From an uncultured Pseudomonadales bacterium (lineage in GTDB: Bacteria; Patescibacteriota; Microgenomatia; UBA1400; PJMF01), in assembly GCA_964412775.1 (NCBI GenBank), contig CAYPPX010000002.1, forward strand, positions 78,152 to 142,151: a stretch of 64,000 nucleotides of DNA, written 5' to 3'. Below the pieces are notes generated by a model. It was not told the DNA's origin. It saw only the letters and a list, made by a program, of their open reading frames with translations, and did not search any database. Within the stretch, counting starts at the first letter, position 1, and each line of letters opens with the position of its first letter. This document shows, piece after piece, positions 1 to 8,642 of the stretch. The position numbers and the translations under genes are program-made.

Positions 1-61
1 TTTAGTTGAACCCAAAATTGACTCAGAGGTATTTTCTTTTAAAAAATACTTAAAGCAAAAC

Positions 62-652
62 TTGACTGGTTTTAAAGAACTTTTTGCTGAAAGAAAAAAT
101 CGCTCAATTTCTTTTATCTTGATTACGATTGCTGCCGGTTACGTGATTGCCGCCAAGATTTTGGGTATTTCTCAAGCTAGAGAATATGGTTTAAATGGTA
201 AAGAAGTGGGTTTTTTATTTGGGGCTGGTTATTTGGTGGCGGCTCTTGTGGCTCACTACTATCCTAAGTTGAGGAGTAAGTTGTCTGCTGGGAAACTAGC
301 TGTTTTAGCCTCGTTGTTATTGTTAGTTTCATTTTTGGGAGCCAAATGGGTAGGGGTAATTGGTGGGATGTTTTTAATTTTTATGCGAATTAGTAGTTCA
401 ACGACTTTTAACAACTCAAAATCACTATTGCTCAATGAGTTTATTGATTCTAAAAATCGAGCTACAGCTTTATCAACTATGGCTTTACTATCTGATTTAC
501 CTTTTGTGTTGATGTCTTACTTTATTGGGGACTTGATTGAAAAAACCTCACCCAATGAGTTTGCTTGGATATTGGGGATAGTGATGACTGGGCTGTTGTT
601 GCCGCAGTTGCTTCGGTATAAAAAGTTCACCTCAGTCGCTAAAGAGGCATAA
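62..652 (+). CDS. Polytopic membrane protein, possibly the C-terminal half of a transporter. The ORF may extend upstream of the window, so the start is not confirmed.
   Basis: 196-aa ORF with about 6 hydrophobic helices; a terminator hairpin follows. No diagnostic motif recognised. Confidence 0.3.
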   Translation: MTGFKELFAERKNRSISFILITIAAGYVIAAKILGISQAREYGLNGKEVGFLFGAGYLVAALVAHYYPKLRSKLSAGKLAVLASLLLLVSFLGAKWVGVIGGMFLIFMRISSSTTFNNSKSLLLNEFIDSKNRATALSTMALLSDLPFVLMSYFIGDLIEKTSPNEFAWILGIVMTGLLLPQLLRYKKFTSVAKEA

Positions 653-656
653 AAAA

Positions 657-688
657 ACCACTGGTAAAGTGGTAGTAATTTTTTTTGA
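657..688 (+). terminator. Rho-independent terminator for the 62..652 gene
   Basis: An A-run, then the stem ccact/agtgg with loop ggtaa, followed by the T-run aattttttttg. Confidence 0.55.
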
Positions 689-702
689 TTAGTTAATATT
701 TT

Positions 703-756
703 GAGCGTGATCCCTGCCAACAGTTGGACTGCCGACAGGGATCATTTTTCACGCTC
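703..756. terminator. GC-rich extended hairpin between convergent genes; probably a bidirectional terminator or a REP-like element
   Basis: gagcgtgatccctg...cagggatcatttttcacgctc: about 14 bp of stem with an internal attttt bulge, immediately 3' of the minus-strand lipoprotein gene stop at 764. Confidence 0.45.
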
Positions 757-763
757 GATTTGC

Positions 764-1840
764 TTACGGAATGCCAGCTTTCATGATTGACCAGAGTGCC
801 TTGAAGGCAAAGTACAGTAAGTCCTCTGTGACCTTGATGGCATTTGAGGAGAACCACTGTTCAGTGGTCAATTTTTCGGCGAATTTGGCGATTGTGTCGC
901 TGAGTTGCCTGAAAATGTCAACAAAGTCAGTTGGCTTGCAAGGGCCATCTACCCTTTGCAGGTTGCTTTCGAACATCTGACTTTGCCATTGGCTACCGTC
1001 CCACCACATCAGGTGGGTAAAGGCGTTTATAAAGCACATTGAGCTGAGCCTGATATAGGTCAGCGTCACGGTCGAGCCGTTGGGACCTTTTAGCACCTTT
1101 TGCTCAGTCAGGGCGGCGTTTGTCAGTTGGGCAGTTGCAGCGGTTACGTACAGCTTGTCCCACTCCGCGTTCGCCTGTTCCCAGCTAGTAAGACTGGGTA
1201 TTTCACCGGTCAGTGGATAGGTTGTAGTGATAACGCCTTCATACCCAAGCACGATGACTTGAGTTTCAGGAGTTAACGCCTCCATTTCCCAGCTGGCTAC
1301 TTTGGCGGCGTATGTCTCCGAAGTAGCAATGTAGGCAAAAGTTGTGCCCACACCGAACGTATAGCCCAAACCGATCAAGGTCGGACCCAGCCAAGTCAGT
1401 GAAGGCAATGCCACTGATTCCGGGGCGGCTGTTTGCCACGCGCTTTGTTTGATGGCATAGACCGTGGCGGTGCCAGCAGTTATGCTGCCAAACTTTTGGA
1501 TCAGTTCTGCCACCGTCATGTTTTGGGCTTTGGGCTTGAGGTAGCGTGGAACGCAGTAAGCGCCACGCTCATCGTACGACCAGCCTGTGTGGGCAATGGC
1601 GTCGATGCAAGCACTCACCATCAGGTCAGAAAAATACGGCCTGAGGTCGGCGTAAACATAAACGCCAGCCGGTTGTCCTGACGACCCTTCAGGAATAACA
1701 GCAGGGGCAGGAGCGACCGGTTCAGATTGCACGGCATCGGCTGCAGGAGCAGCTTGTTGGGGGATACTTGCAGGGCTGCAAGCACCCATCACGATGGCGA
1801 CAGTAAGTATGATTACTACTGTCTTGAATGTATTACTCAT
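764..1840 (-). CDS. Hypothetical secreted lipoprotein (lipobox VMGAC). GC content is atypical, so it is probably horizontally acquired.
   Basis: N-terminal signal peptide ending in a lipobox Cys. By eye the ORF is about 50-55% GC against about 36% in its neighbours, with GCC/GCG/CAG-rich codon usage unlike the neighbours. Confidence 0.6.
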   Translation of the reverse strand: MSNTFKTVVIILTVAIVMGACSPASIPQQAAPAADAVQSEPVAPAPAVIPEGSSGQPAGVYVYADLRPYFSDLMVSACIDAIAHTGWSYDERGAYCVPRYLKPKAQNMTVAELIQKFGSITAGTATVYAIKQSAWQTAAPESVALPSLTWLGPTLIGLGYTFGVGTTFAYIATSETYAAKVASWEMEALTPETQVIVLGYEGVITTTYPLTGEIPSLTSWEQANAEWDKLYVTAATAQLTNAALTEQKVLKGPNGSTVTLTYIRLSSMCFINAFTHLMWWDGSQWQSQMFESNLQRVDGPCKPTDFVDIFRQLSDTIAKFAEKLTTEQWFSSNAIKVTEDLLYFAFKALWSIMKAGIP

Positions 1841-1902
1841 TGTGAAGATTCTCCAAACGGACTCACACAGTCGGTGTTAACTCAAACCACTCACCTGAGT
1901 GG

Positions 1903-1994
1903 AATCAGCGTCCGTTTGTTTAAGGGTGAAAAAATTAGAGAATTATTTAATTAAATCTCTAGGTTAATCATCCCCAAAAAAACGGACGCTGATT
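1903..1994. repeat. 15-bp inverted repeat pair (aatcagcgtccgttt / aaacggacgctgatt) about 62 bp apart, just upstream of the lipoprotein gene
   Basis: Exact reverse-complement arms at 1903-1917 and 1980-1994, read directly from the sequence. The AT-rich spacer contains promoter-like hexamers. Confidence 0.6.
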
Positions 1995-2137
1995 GTTAGT
2001 AAGGCTTGATCTGAAAACTTGTAGGAAGCAAATCGATTGTGATTATTTGGGAGTAATGGCTAGTTCAATCGAAGTGACTTAATAGCCAGTCACAACCAAT
2101 GTCTTCCTACATTAGGATGTTAAAGAGCAGTTTAGAA

Positions 2138-2170
2138 TAAAGTCCTATAATATCATATTATTAGGACTTA
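2138..2170 (-). terminator. Near-perfect AT-rich palindrome downstream of the prfA operon on the minus strand; candidate terminator
   Basis: aagtcctataatat c atattattaggactt, arms of about 14 bp, located 20 bp past the stop of the 2190..2441 gene. Confidence 0.35.
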
Positions 2171-2189
2171 ATCAAGAGGTAGCAGAAAA

Positions 2190-2441
2190 TTATTTGGCTG
2201 ATTTTGCTCTTTTTTGTAAAGCAGTAATTCTAGCTTCAGCAATTGCTTTCATGACCAGTAACATGTTTTGTTTCATAGCGCTGTCCAAAGCCTCACCAAA
2301 AGCTTTAGCTTTGGGCTCTTTGGCATTTTTAGCCGTCCAGTGAATAAAACTATGCTCTGATCTAATAATTCTTAAGGTTTCTTCAAAAGAAAAAGGTGGT
2401 TTAAGATGAGGAAATGGTTCTTTTTCTAGCTCATTATTCAT
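2190..2441 (-). CDS. Small hypothetical protein, translationally coupled to prfA (8-nt overlap)
   Basis: 83-aa ORF overlapping the prfA stop; basic C-terminus; no motif recognised. Confidence 0.4.
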   Translation of the reverse strand: MNNELEKEPFPHLKPPFSFEETLRIIRSEHSFIHWTAKNAKEPKAKAFGEALDSAMKQNMLLVMKAIAEARITALQKRAKSAK

Positions 2442-3402
2442 TATTTTCAGTTATTTCTTCTGGATGTTCCAGGTTTTGTCTGACTTCCAGTAACATTTTA
2501 TTAATATTACCTTCAATGATAGTTTCCAAGCTGTGCCAAGAAACATTAATGCGATGGTCAGTGACTCTGTTTTGTGGGTAGTTGTAAGTGCGAATTTTTT
2601 CAGCTCGCATGTTTCGGCCAATGGCTTTACGAGCATTACCTAAAGCGGCTTGTTTTTTTTCTTCTTCGATTTCCCAGAGTTGGGCTCGGAGTAGTTCTAA
2701 GGCGATTTGACGATTTTGGACTTGTTTTCTTTCTTGACTGGAAGTGACCACAATGCCAGATGGAGTATGGGTTAGACGAACAGCACTACTGGTTTTATTG
2801 ACCGATTGGCCACCAGCCCCACCAGCACGCATAAATTGCCACTCTAAGTCTTCATCTCTAATCTCGATTGCATTTTCTTTAATTTCAGGTAAAACAGCCA
2901 CTGAAGCGGTTGAGGTGTGAATTCTGCCTTGGGCTTCGGTGGTAGGGACTCGTTGGACCCGGTGAACTCCTGATTCATATTTAAATAGTTCGTAAGGATA
3001 AAGGGTTTCTTCACCTAGTTCGACTCGGCCACGGATTTTGATGACAGTATCATCAATATATTCCATCTTTAAACCGTTGTTTTCAATAAATCTCAGGTAC
3101 ATCCTAAGCAAATCATTGGCCCAGATCTTGGCTTCATCACCACCAGCCCCACCTCTGATTTCAAGGATAGCACTTGATTTAGTAGTATCTGTTTCAGTAG
3201 CCCCATCATTTTGAGAGCTTTGGATAAACTCGTCCGCAGCATCTTCTAGCGCTTTTTTTTGGGTTTCCAGGTCTGAGATTTCAAGTAAAGCCAATTCTCC
3301 CAGTTCAGGATCACCAAGCAAAGCCTGGTTTTCAGCAATTTTGGCTTCAAGATTTTTGATTTGTTCAAGATATGGATTTTGCATACGACAGCTAGACCCC
3401 AT
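2434..3402 (-). CDS. prfA: Peptide chain release factor 1
   Basis: GGQ motif (AGGAGGQSVNKT). RF1-type tripeptide region RVQRVPTTEAQGRIHTS (PxT rather than the RF2 SPF). A strong SD, aagagg, sits 5 nt upstream of the ATG at 3402. Confidence 0.9.
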   Translation of the reverse strand: MGSSCRMQNPYLEQIKNLEAKIAENQALLGDPELGELALLEISDLETQKKALEDAADEFIQSSQNDGATETDTTKSSAILEIRGGAGGDEAKIWANDLLRMYLRFIENNGLKMEYIDDTVIKIRGRVELGEETLYPYELFKYESGVHRVQRVPTTEAQGRIHTSTASVAVLPEIKENAIEIRDEDLEWQFMRAGGAGGQSVNKTSSAVRLTHTPSGIVVTSSQERKQVQNRQIALELLRAQLWEIEEEKKQAALGNARKAIGRNMRAEKIRTYNYPQNRVTDHRINVSWHSLETIIEGNINKMLLEVRQNLEHPEEITENNE

Positions 3403-3448
3403 TATACCTCTTAATTGGTAGAGAGGAGGTTAAACCTGTTTGGTTGAG

Positions 3449-3814
3449 CTAATTTTTGGAAGCAGTAGCAACTGGGGCTGGTTCGGTAGCTTTTTCAGCT
3501 TTTTGCACAGTAGCACGTTGTTCACGCAAAATCTCTTGATAAGATTTTGGTTCATTTGATTTGGTGTTATCAGCCTTAGTAGTTTTTTTCTTGGCGGTAG
3601 CTTGTTTTTGTTGAGCTAACTGCATCTTGGCCATGAATTTATCAACCCGACCTTGACGATCAACAAACTTCATTTCGCCAGTAAAGAATGGGTGACAGGC
3701 GCTACAAATATCAACTTTGATTGTTGCGTTAACTGAACCAGTAGTAAAGGTGTTACCACAACTACAGGTAACGACTGTGTCATGATGCCACTGTGGATGA
3801 ATATTTGCTTTCAT
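3449..3814 (-). CDS. rpmE: 50S ribosomal protein L31 with a roughly 50-aa Lys/Ala-rich C-terminal extension
   Basis: MKANIHPQW...CSCG...[10 protein letters not shown] matches the L31 zinc-ribbon core. Total length is 121 aa against the usual 70 or so. Confidence 0.85.
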   Translation of the reverse strand: MKANIHPQWHHDTVVTCSCGNTFTTGSVNATIKVDICSACHPFFTGEMKFVDRQGRVDKFMAKMQLAQQKQATAKKKTTKADNTKSNEPKSYQEILREQRATVQKAEKATEPAPVATASKN

Positions 3815-3874
3815 TTTTTTCCTTAAAAAAAATATCTATCTCGAAGAAAGAGATTATATCACGGACTAGTTTTT

Positions 3875-5119
3875 TTACCAAGCCTGTCTGAAAGTCTCGA
3901 TTTTCTCGGTAGAAATAATGATTTGTTCACCAGTTTCCAGATCTTTGATCGCTACAGTGTTGTTTTTGCTTTCTTCTTCACCAATAACAAATACATATCT
4001 AATGCCAAGTTGATTGGCATACTTAAATTGTTTGGCTAATTTATCAATAGCAGGGTAAAGTTCAGTTTTAATACCTAGACTTCTTAGTTTACTGGCCACT
4101 TGTAGAGACTGGTTGGTAGTTTCACTGCTAAAGTTGGCTACTAAAGCTTCAACGCCTTGGTTGGTTGGAATAATCTGTAGGGCTTCGGCGGCATCAACCA
4201 TCCGGTCAAAGCCAAAGGCAATACCAGTGGCAGGAATTTGTGGGCCACCCAAGTCTTTGATCAGATTGTCATAACGGCCACCACCACCGCAAGAACCAGC
4301 TGAGTACTCAGGAATAATCACTTCAAAAATGATGCCAGTATAGTAGTCCAAACCACGGGCAAGAGTCGGGTTGAACTGGAGCGCTTCTTTGGGTACTCCT
4401 AAATCATATACAAATTGTTCAATTTCTTTCAAATTGACTGATTTTTCTGCTTTATTTATAGTAGTCAAAGTTTTTTCTGCACTGGCTTTTTCTAGCCCTT
4501 TTTCAACTAATTCAGCAATTACTTCTTCGGGTTTAATTTTGTCCAATTTATCGATGCTTTGAATGATCGAAAAGACAGTTACTTGATCAGTCGCAAAAGG
4601 TTTTAAGGTGTTGATCAGGGTTTCTCGATCATTAAACTTCAAGATAATGTTTTTAAAACCAACATTTTTGAAGGCTTGATAAGTACAAGCCATGATCTCA
4701 GCATCTGCTAGGGGTGAGTTACTACCAAAGATATCGATATCACATTGGGTAAACTCTCTAAACCGACCTTGTTGGGGCTTTTCAGCTCTAAAAACGTTTT
4801 GGATTTGATAGCGTCTAAAGTATTTTGGTAATTGTCCTTGATACTGAGCTAAAACTCTGGCGCTAGGGACAGTTTGGTCATAGCGCAAGCCAATTCTTCG
4901 GCCACCACGATCCTCAAAGTTATAGACTAATTTATCGGCTTCTTCACCATATTTACCCATGAGTAATGAAGCATACTCTAGAGTTGGAGTTTCCAGAGGT
5001 TGAAACCCAAAATTTTCGAAGGTTTCGGTAACTTTTTGGGCCACAAAGTTACGAGCCCTTTTCTCGACTGGGAGAAAATCTCGGAAGCCTTTTAATGTTT
5101 GTATTTGTTGTTTTGTCAT
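3875..5119 (-). CDS. hisS: Histidyl-tRNA synthetase
   Basis: Class II aaRS motifs: GFRDFLP, RYQIQNVFRAEKPQQGRFREFTQCDIDIFG, GGGRYDNL. Confidence 0.9.
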   Translation of the reverse strand: MTKQQIQTLKGFRDFLPVEKRARNFVAQKVTETFENFGFQPLETPTLEYASLLMGKYGEEADKLVYNFEDRGGRRIGLRYDQTVPSARVLAQYQGQLPKYFRRYQIQNVFRAEKPQQGRFREFTQCDIDIFGSNSPLADAEIMACTYQAFKNVGFKNIILKFNDRETLINTLKPFATDQVTVFSIIQSIDKLDKIKPEEVIAELVEKGLEKASAEKTLTTINKAEKSVNLKEIEQFVYDLGVPKEALQFNPTLARGLDYYTGIIFEVIIPEYSAGSCGGGGRYDNLIKDLGGPQIPATGIAFGFDRMVDAAEALQIIPTNQGVEALVANFSSETTNQSLQVASKLRSLGIKTELYPAIDKLAKQFKYANQLGIRYVFVIGEEESKNNTVAIKDLETGEQIIISTEKIETFRQAW

Positions 5120-5175
5120 AATTTCTTTCTGTATTGTACTGATTTTTTTTGTTTTTATTGTTGGCAGTTTGCATT

Positions 5176-5198
5176 AAAAAACCCGCCTCAGTGCGGGT
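5176..5198 (-). terminator. Minus-strand intrinsic terminator-like hairpin about 57 nt upstream of the hisS start; a candidate attenuator (see findings)
   Basis: Read on the minus strand it is acccgc-actgag-gcgggt followed by tttttt. Confidence 0.5.
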
Positions 5199-5346
5199 TG
5201 CCAGACAATAAAAACCATGACCCACACCTTTTAGCGGAGGGTATGATGGTGAGCTAAGTTAACAGCTACTTTTGTCATAGTTAATATATCCTATAAAAAA
5301 ACAAGTTATTAGTCAAGTAGAGGAGAGTGTTAAAATAACACCATTC

Positions 5347-5419
5347 GGGCCACTAGCTCAGTTGGTAGAGCGTTGCATTCGCATTGCAAAGGTCAGGAGT
5401 TCGATTCTCCTGTGGTCCA
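5347..5419 (+). tRNA. tRNA-Ala (anticodon CGC); no encoded CCA
   Basis: Cloverleaf read by hand: acceptor gggccac/gtggtcc with a G3:U70 pair, anticodon stem ttgca/tgcaa with loop ttCGCat, T-arm aggagttcgattctcct. Confidence 0.8.
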
Positions 5420-5426
5420 CTTGCAA

Positions 5427-5446
5427 AAAGTCTTGAAAGAGACTTT
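5427..5446 (-). terminator. Minus-strand terminator hairpin after the 5491..6300 gene
   Basis: aaagtct-tgaaag-agacttt. On the minus strand it is followed by a T-run, which is the A-run at 5425-5429 on the plus strand. Confidence 0.35.
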
Positions 5447-5490
5447 GATTCTCCTCTGTTCGACATACCAAAAACTTTTGGAATTATCAA

Positions 5491-6300
5491 CTAATCCAAA
5501 AAGATTAACCCATGCAACATTCTTTCGACATCTTTTTTGACCACTTCATCAGAAGAAGTGGCTTGTTTGCCAATCAGATAAAAGTGTTTATCTGTACTAG
5601 TCAGGTAGAAAATTTGGCCATCGATTTCTCCGCCAGAGAAAGTTATTTCTAAAGCATTTTTATTCCAAAGAGTTTTTTCTAGACTGGAAATAATCGAGAT
5701 CTTTTGATCTGAGGCTGTTTTGGCCAATTCTTGATCAATCATAGTTTTTAACTCGGCCAAAGGTTTGTTCTCTTGTTTTTGGGCACAGTAAATGACAATT
5801 CTACCGGAATCAGTTAGTTTGTCATCACTGCTAAAACCAGCTAGTTCTCTTTGATCAAAAATATTCAAAAATGGAGCACTCAAGCCATCTCCTTCACTCA
5901 TAGAAAATGATTTCCAGGTTTTTATTTCATTGTCTGCTGATTGGTAAGGGGAAAGAGGCAACAAAATGTTGCAAGCGGTATTTTTTTTGAATTTCCAAGA
6001 ATTTATATCTTCCGTGACTGCGGCACTGGTAGCTTCTTGGCTTGGTTCGAGCGTAACATCGGGGGGTGGCACTGGGACATTCTTGATCACTTCTTTGATC
6101 TCAACTTTACCATTTTTCTGCATCAATAGAGCAAATTTTTGTTGTAATAAGTAAATTGATAAAACACCGAACAGAATTGAAGTCAAGAAAAAAACCACGG
6201 TAAAGCGAAATTGATGAGGATTTTTTTTGAATTTTTCGACAGTAGCATCTAATTGCTTAAGTTGTTCTTCAGTTAAGTTTTTTTTGAAAAAATTAAACAT
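5491..6300 (-). CDS. Hypothetical membrane-anchored protein
   Basis: 269-aa ORF with one N-proximal TM helix (FTVVFFLTSILFGVLSIYLL). Confidence 0.5.
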   Translation of the reverse strand: MFNFFKKNLTEEQLKQLDATVEKFKKNPHQFRFTVVFFLTSILFGVLSIYLLQQKFALLMQKNGKVEIKEVIKNVPVPPPDVTLEPSQEATSAAVTEDINSWKFKKNTACNILLPLSPYQSADNEIKTWKSFSMSEGDGLSAPFLNIFDQRELAGFSSDDKLTDSGRIVIYCAQKQENKPLAELKTMIDQELAKTASDQKISIISSLEKTLWNKNALEITFSGGEIDGQIFYLTSTDKHFYLIGKQATSSDEVVKKDVERMLHGLIFLD

Positions 6301-6320
6301 ATATTGATATTCTAGATAAT

Positions 6321-6833
6321 TTATAGTTCCATTACCATCTCGATTTCATCATCATACTGACCTAGCCATTTAATGCTTTTTTCTTTGATAGCATAAGATT
6401 TGAAGCCTAGTTTTTTATAAAGTTTTTGAGCTGGCAGATTTTTTTGGTTACAAGATAAAAACAGGCGTTCTATAGTAGTTTTTTCTTTGAGTTGGGTTAA
6501 AAGAAAGTCAAAGAGTTTTGTTGCTAGTTTTTTACCTCGATGGTTTGGGTGAATATAAAGATTATAAAAAAAGGCGATATGTTGTTGTTTTTCAAGGTAG
6601 GATTTTTCCAAAAAAGCATAGCCAACTAAGTGATTATCCTCAAAGATGCCATAGTAGCCAAAAATTGGTTCGGCTAGTGCATATCTTAGTTCTGCCGAAA
6701 AACTGGCCAAAGATTTGAGGTTTTCCGACTCAAAGGTGGCTAAGAAACTTTCTGGGTTGGTGGTTAAAGCTGTTAATCGTAGGTCTTTATAAGCTTGGGC
6801 ATCATCCGCTGATAAAAGTCTAATTAGATTCAT
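6321..6833 (-). CDS. GNAT family N-acetyltransferase (RimI-like)
   Basis: Acetyl-CoA binding motif HPNHRGKKLATKLFDFL; 170 aa. Confidence 0.65.
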   Translation of the reverse strand: MNLIRLLSADDAQAYKDLRLTALTTNPESFLATFESENLKSLASFSAELRYALAEPIFGYYGIFEDNHLVGYAFLEKSYLEKQQHIAFFYNLYIHPNHRGKKLATKLFDFLLTQLKEKTTIERLFLSCNQKNLPAQKLYKKLGFKSYAIKEKSIKWLGQYDDEIEMVMEL

Positions 6834-7930
6834 AATTGGGTGAGTACTTGGTAACTATTGTCAGTGATGTAAACCGTATTTTCAAATCGATAGCCAAATT
6901 GACCAACCAAGTAGATTCCTGGTTCGATGGTAATAGTAGTGTTTGGTTCAATTGGTTCTTTAGTAAACCAAGAGACTGATGGATATTCGTGAATTTCTAG
7001 GCCAATGCCATGCCCGGTGGTATGGATAAATTCATTGCCATAACCTTGCTGGCTAATATAACTTCTTGCTGCGTCATCAATATCTTTAACAAGATGAGTT
7101 TGAGGACCATGTTGAATAACAGCAGTTGCTCGGTCGTAGGCTGTTTTGACAATCTGTTCTATCTTTAAAAATTCTTGAGTTGGTTTATCACCAAACCACA
7201 GGGTTCTGGTCATATCGGAACGATAGCCATTCACTTTGGCCCCAGCATCGATCAATACTGCTTCATTAGGGAGAAGTTTTCTGTCGGTAGGTTGGTGATG
7301 GGGTAGAGCGCCATTTGCACCAAAGGCAACAATAGTCGGAAAGGCTGGAGACTCAGCACCTAACTCCATCATCAGACCAACAATTTTTCCGGTAAGTTGT
7401 TTTTCGGTTAGGCCAACCACTAATAATTGAGGGAGTTGGTCAAAAACTTGGGCAATGATTTGCCCAGCTGTTTGTTGGTGGGTAAGGGCTAGTTCGTCTT
7501 TAATCAATCTAGATTTTAGGATTAGTTGTGGCTCGATTTTTTTGAGTTTTTCGTTACTAAAAAACTGATTAAGAAACTTAAACTCATCAGCAAATAAAGT
7601 TTTTTCATCTAAGTACAAAGTAGTGATTTTTTCTTGTTGGAGAGTCAAATGGATTTTATTCAGACTAGTTTCAGGAATGTAAGTTAACTCTGAAAAATTA
7701 CTCAGGGTAGGACTAAAACTATGATGAAATAGAAAAGCTTGTTGCTGAGTCAAACAAAGAAAAGCTTCTCTTTCTTCAGGGACTAGCTGAGGAAAACCAG
7801 TAAAGTGAGTAATGTCGGTGGCCTTGGAGATTAAATAAGCTGCATCTGGTTCAATTTGTTGTTGAATGACTTTAAGTCTTTGGGCATAAAAATGAGTTGA
7901 GTTACTCATCATAAGTTTATTCTTTAACAA
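6830..7930 (-). CDS. M24 family Xaa-Pro aminopeptidase
   Basis: Metal-ligand motifs DAGAKVNGYRSDMTRT and HGIGLEIHEYP. There is a 4-nt overlap with the GNAT gene. Confidence 0.8.
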   Translation of the reverse strand: MLKNKLMMSNSTHFYAQRLKVIQQQIEPDAAYLISKATDITHFTGFPQLVPEEREAFLCLTQQQAFLFHHSFSPTLSNFSELTYIPETSLNKIHLTLQQEKITTLYLDEKTLFADEFKFLNQFFSNEKLKKIEPQLILKSRLIKDELALTHQQTAGQIIAQVFDQLPQLLVVGLTEKQLTGKIVGLMMELGAESPAFPTIVAFGANGALPHHQPTDRKLLPNEAVLIDAGAKVNGYRSDMTRTLWFGDKPTQEFLKIEQIVKTAYDRATAVIQHGPQTHLVKDIDDAARSYISQQGYGNEFIHTTGHGIGLEIHEYPSVSWFTKEPIEPNTTITIEPGIYLVGQFGYRFENTVYITDNSYQVLTQL

Positions 7931-8642
7931 ATGGGGCTAATGCTCTAATGGTGGTGGCGTAGTTAGCATCTTCATCAGTATAGCCCACTACTAGAATTTG
8001 GTCTTCTTCAGCAAAATCTTTGATCGAAGCTTCTTCACCATCTAGGTCTTCAATATTAGTTTGGTTGTTAATGATGATTGTTTGGGTGGATTCACCAGAT
8101 CTAGACTGAAATTCAATTGATTTAGCAGTGATTTTTTTTACTGAACCAAGTTCCACTAACTGTGGTTTTGGTAGAGGTGATTTTTCACTAAACTCAATTC
8201 TTTTAGGTGTAATCTCATCATCCTCAACAATACCCATGACGGTCGCCCAGTTATCAACGGCGACATTTTCTGGTTTGATCTCTTGGTTGTTTTTAACCAA
8301 TTTAACATTTTCGTCAAAAGCAACAATTTTGGTTGTGCCATAAACATCTAGAGAAAAAGTTGTTTCTGAGACCCTAAGGACTTGACCAACAAAACCTTTT
8401 TTTTGGTTAGTCAGTTCATTTAAAACTTGGTCAACTTTGTTTTTACGTTGTTCCACAATTTTATTAACTACCTCTTTGAGGTTGCTAGTTGTAGTTGGTT
8501 CTGGAGTTGGAGAGCTATTTTCTTCTTGGGCAAAGGCAGCTTGTTGACTAAAAAGACCAATCAATATCAAGAAAAACGAAACAAAGATTAGAATTTTTTT
8601 ATTCATTGTTTCCTTCCTCAGCTGATTGGGTAGCTTCTTCAA
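7917..8642 (-). CDS. Hypothetical secreted protein
   Basis: Signal peptide (ILIFVSFFLILIGLFSQQAAFA); no conserved motif recognised. Confidence 0.45.
   Translation of the reverse strand: MKKLPNQLRKETMNKKILIFVSFFLILIGLFSQQAAFAQEENSSPTPEPTTTSNLKEVVNKIVEQRKNKVDQVLNELTNQKKGFVGQVLRVSETTFSLDVYGTTKIVAFDENVKLVKNNQEIKPENVAVDNWATVMGIVEDDEITPKRIEFSEKSPLPKPQLVELGSVKKITAKSIEFQSRSGESTQTIIINNQTNIEDLDGEEASIKDFAEEDQILVVGYTDEDANYATTIRALAPFVKE

Noticed and set aside
771-1954. Plus-strand ORFs 771..980, 1433..1681 and 1727..1954 inside or antisense to the lipoprotein gene
   Set aside because: Short, GC-driven open frames antisense to a well-supported longer CDS with a signal peptide and lipobox, and without a start context of their own.
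2451-2636. 61-aa ORF inside prfA, and similar internal antisense ORFs (4371..4562 in hisS, 5941..6154, 8128..8347, 29296..29541 in gyrA, 31852..32476 in gyrB, 37571..38212 in pilT/pilC, 45107..46869 within the paralog genes, and others)
   Set aside because: All lie within, and mostly antisense to, confidently assigned CDSs, lack RBS context, and are typical six-frame noise.
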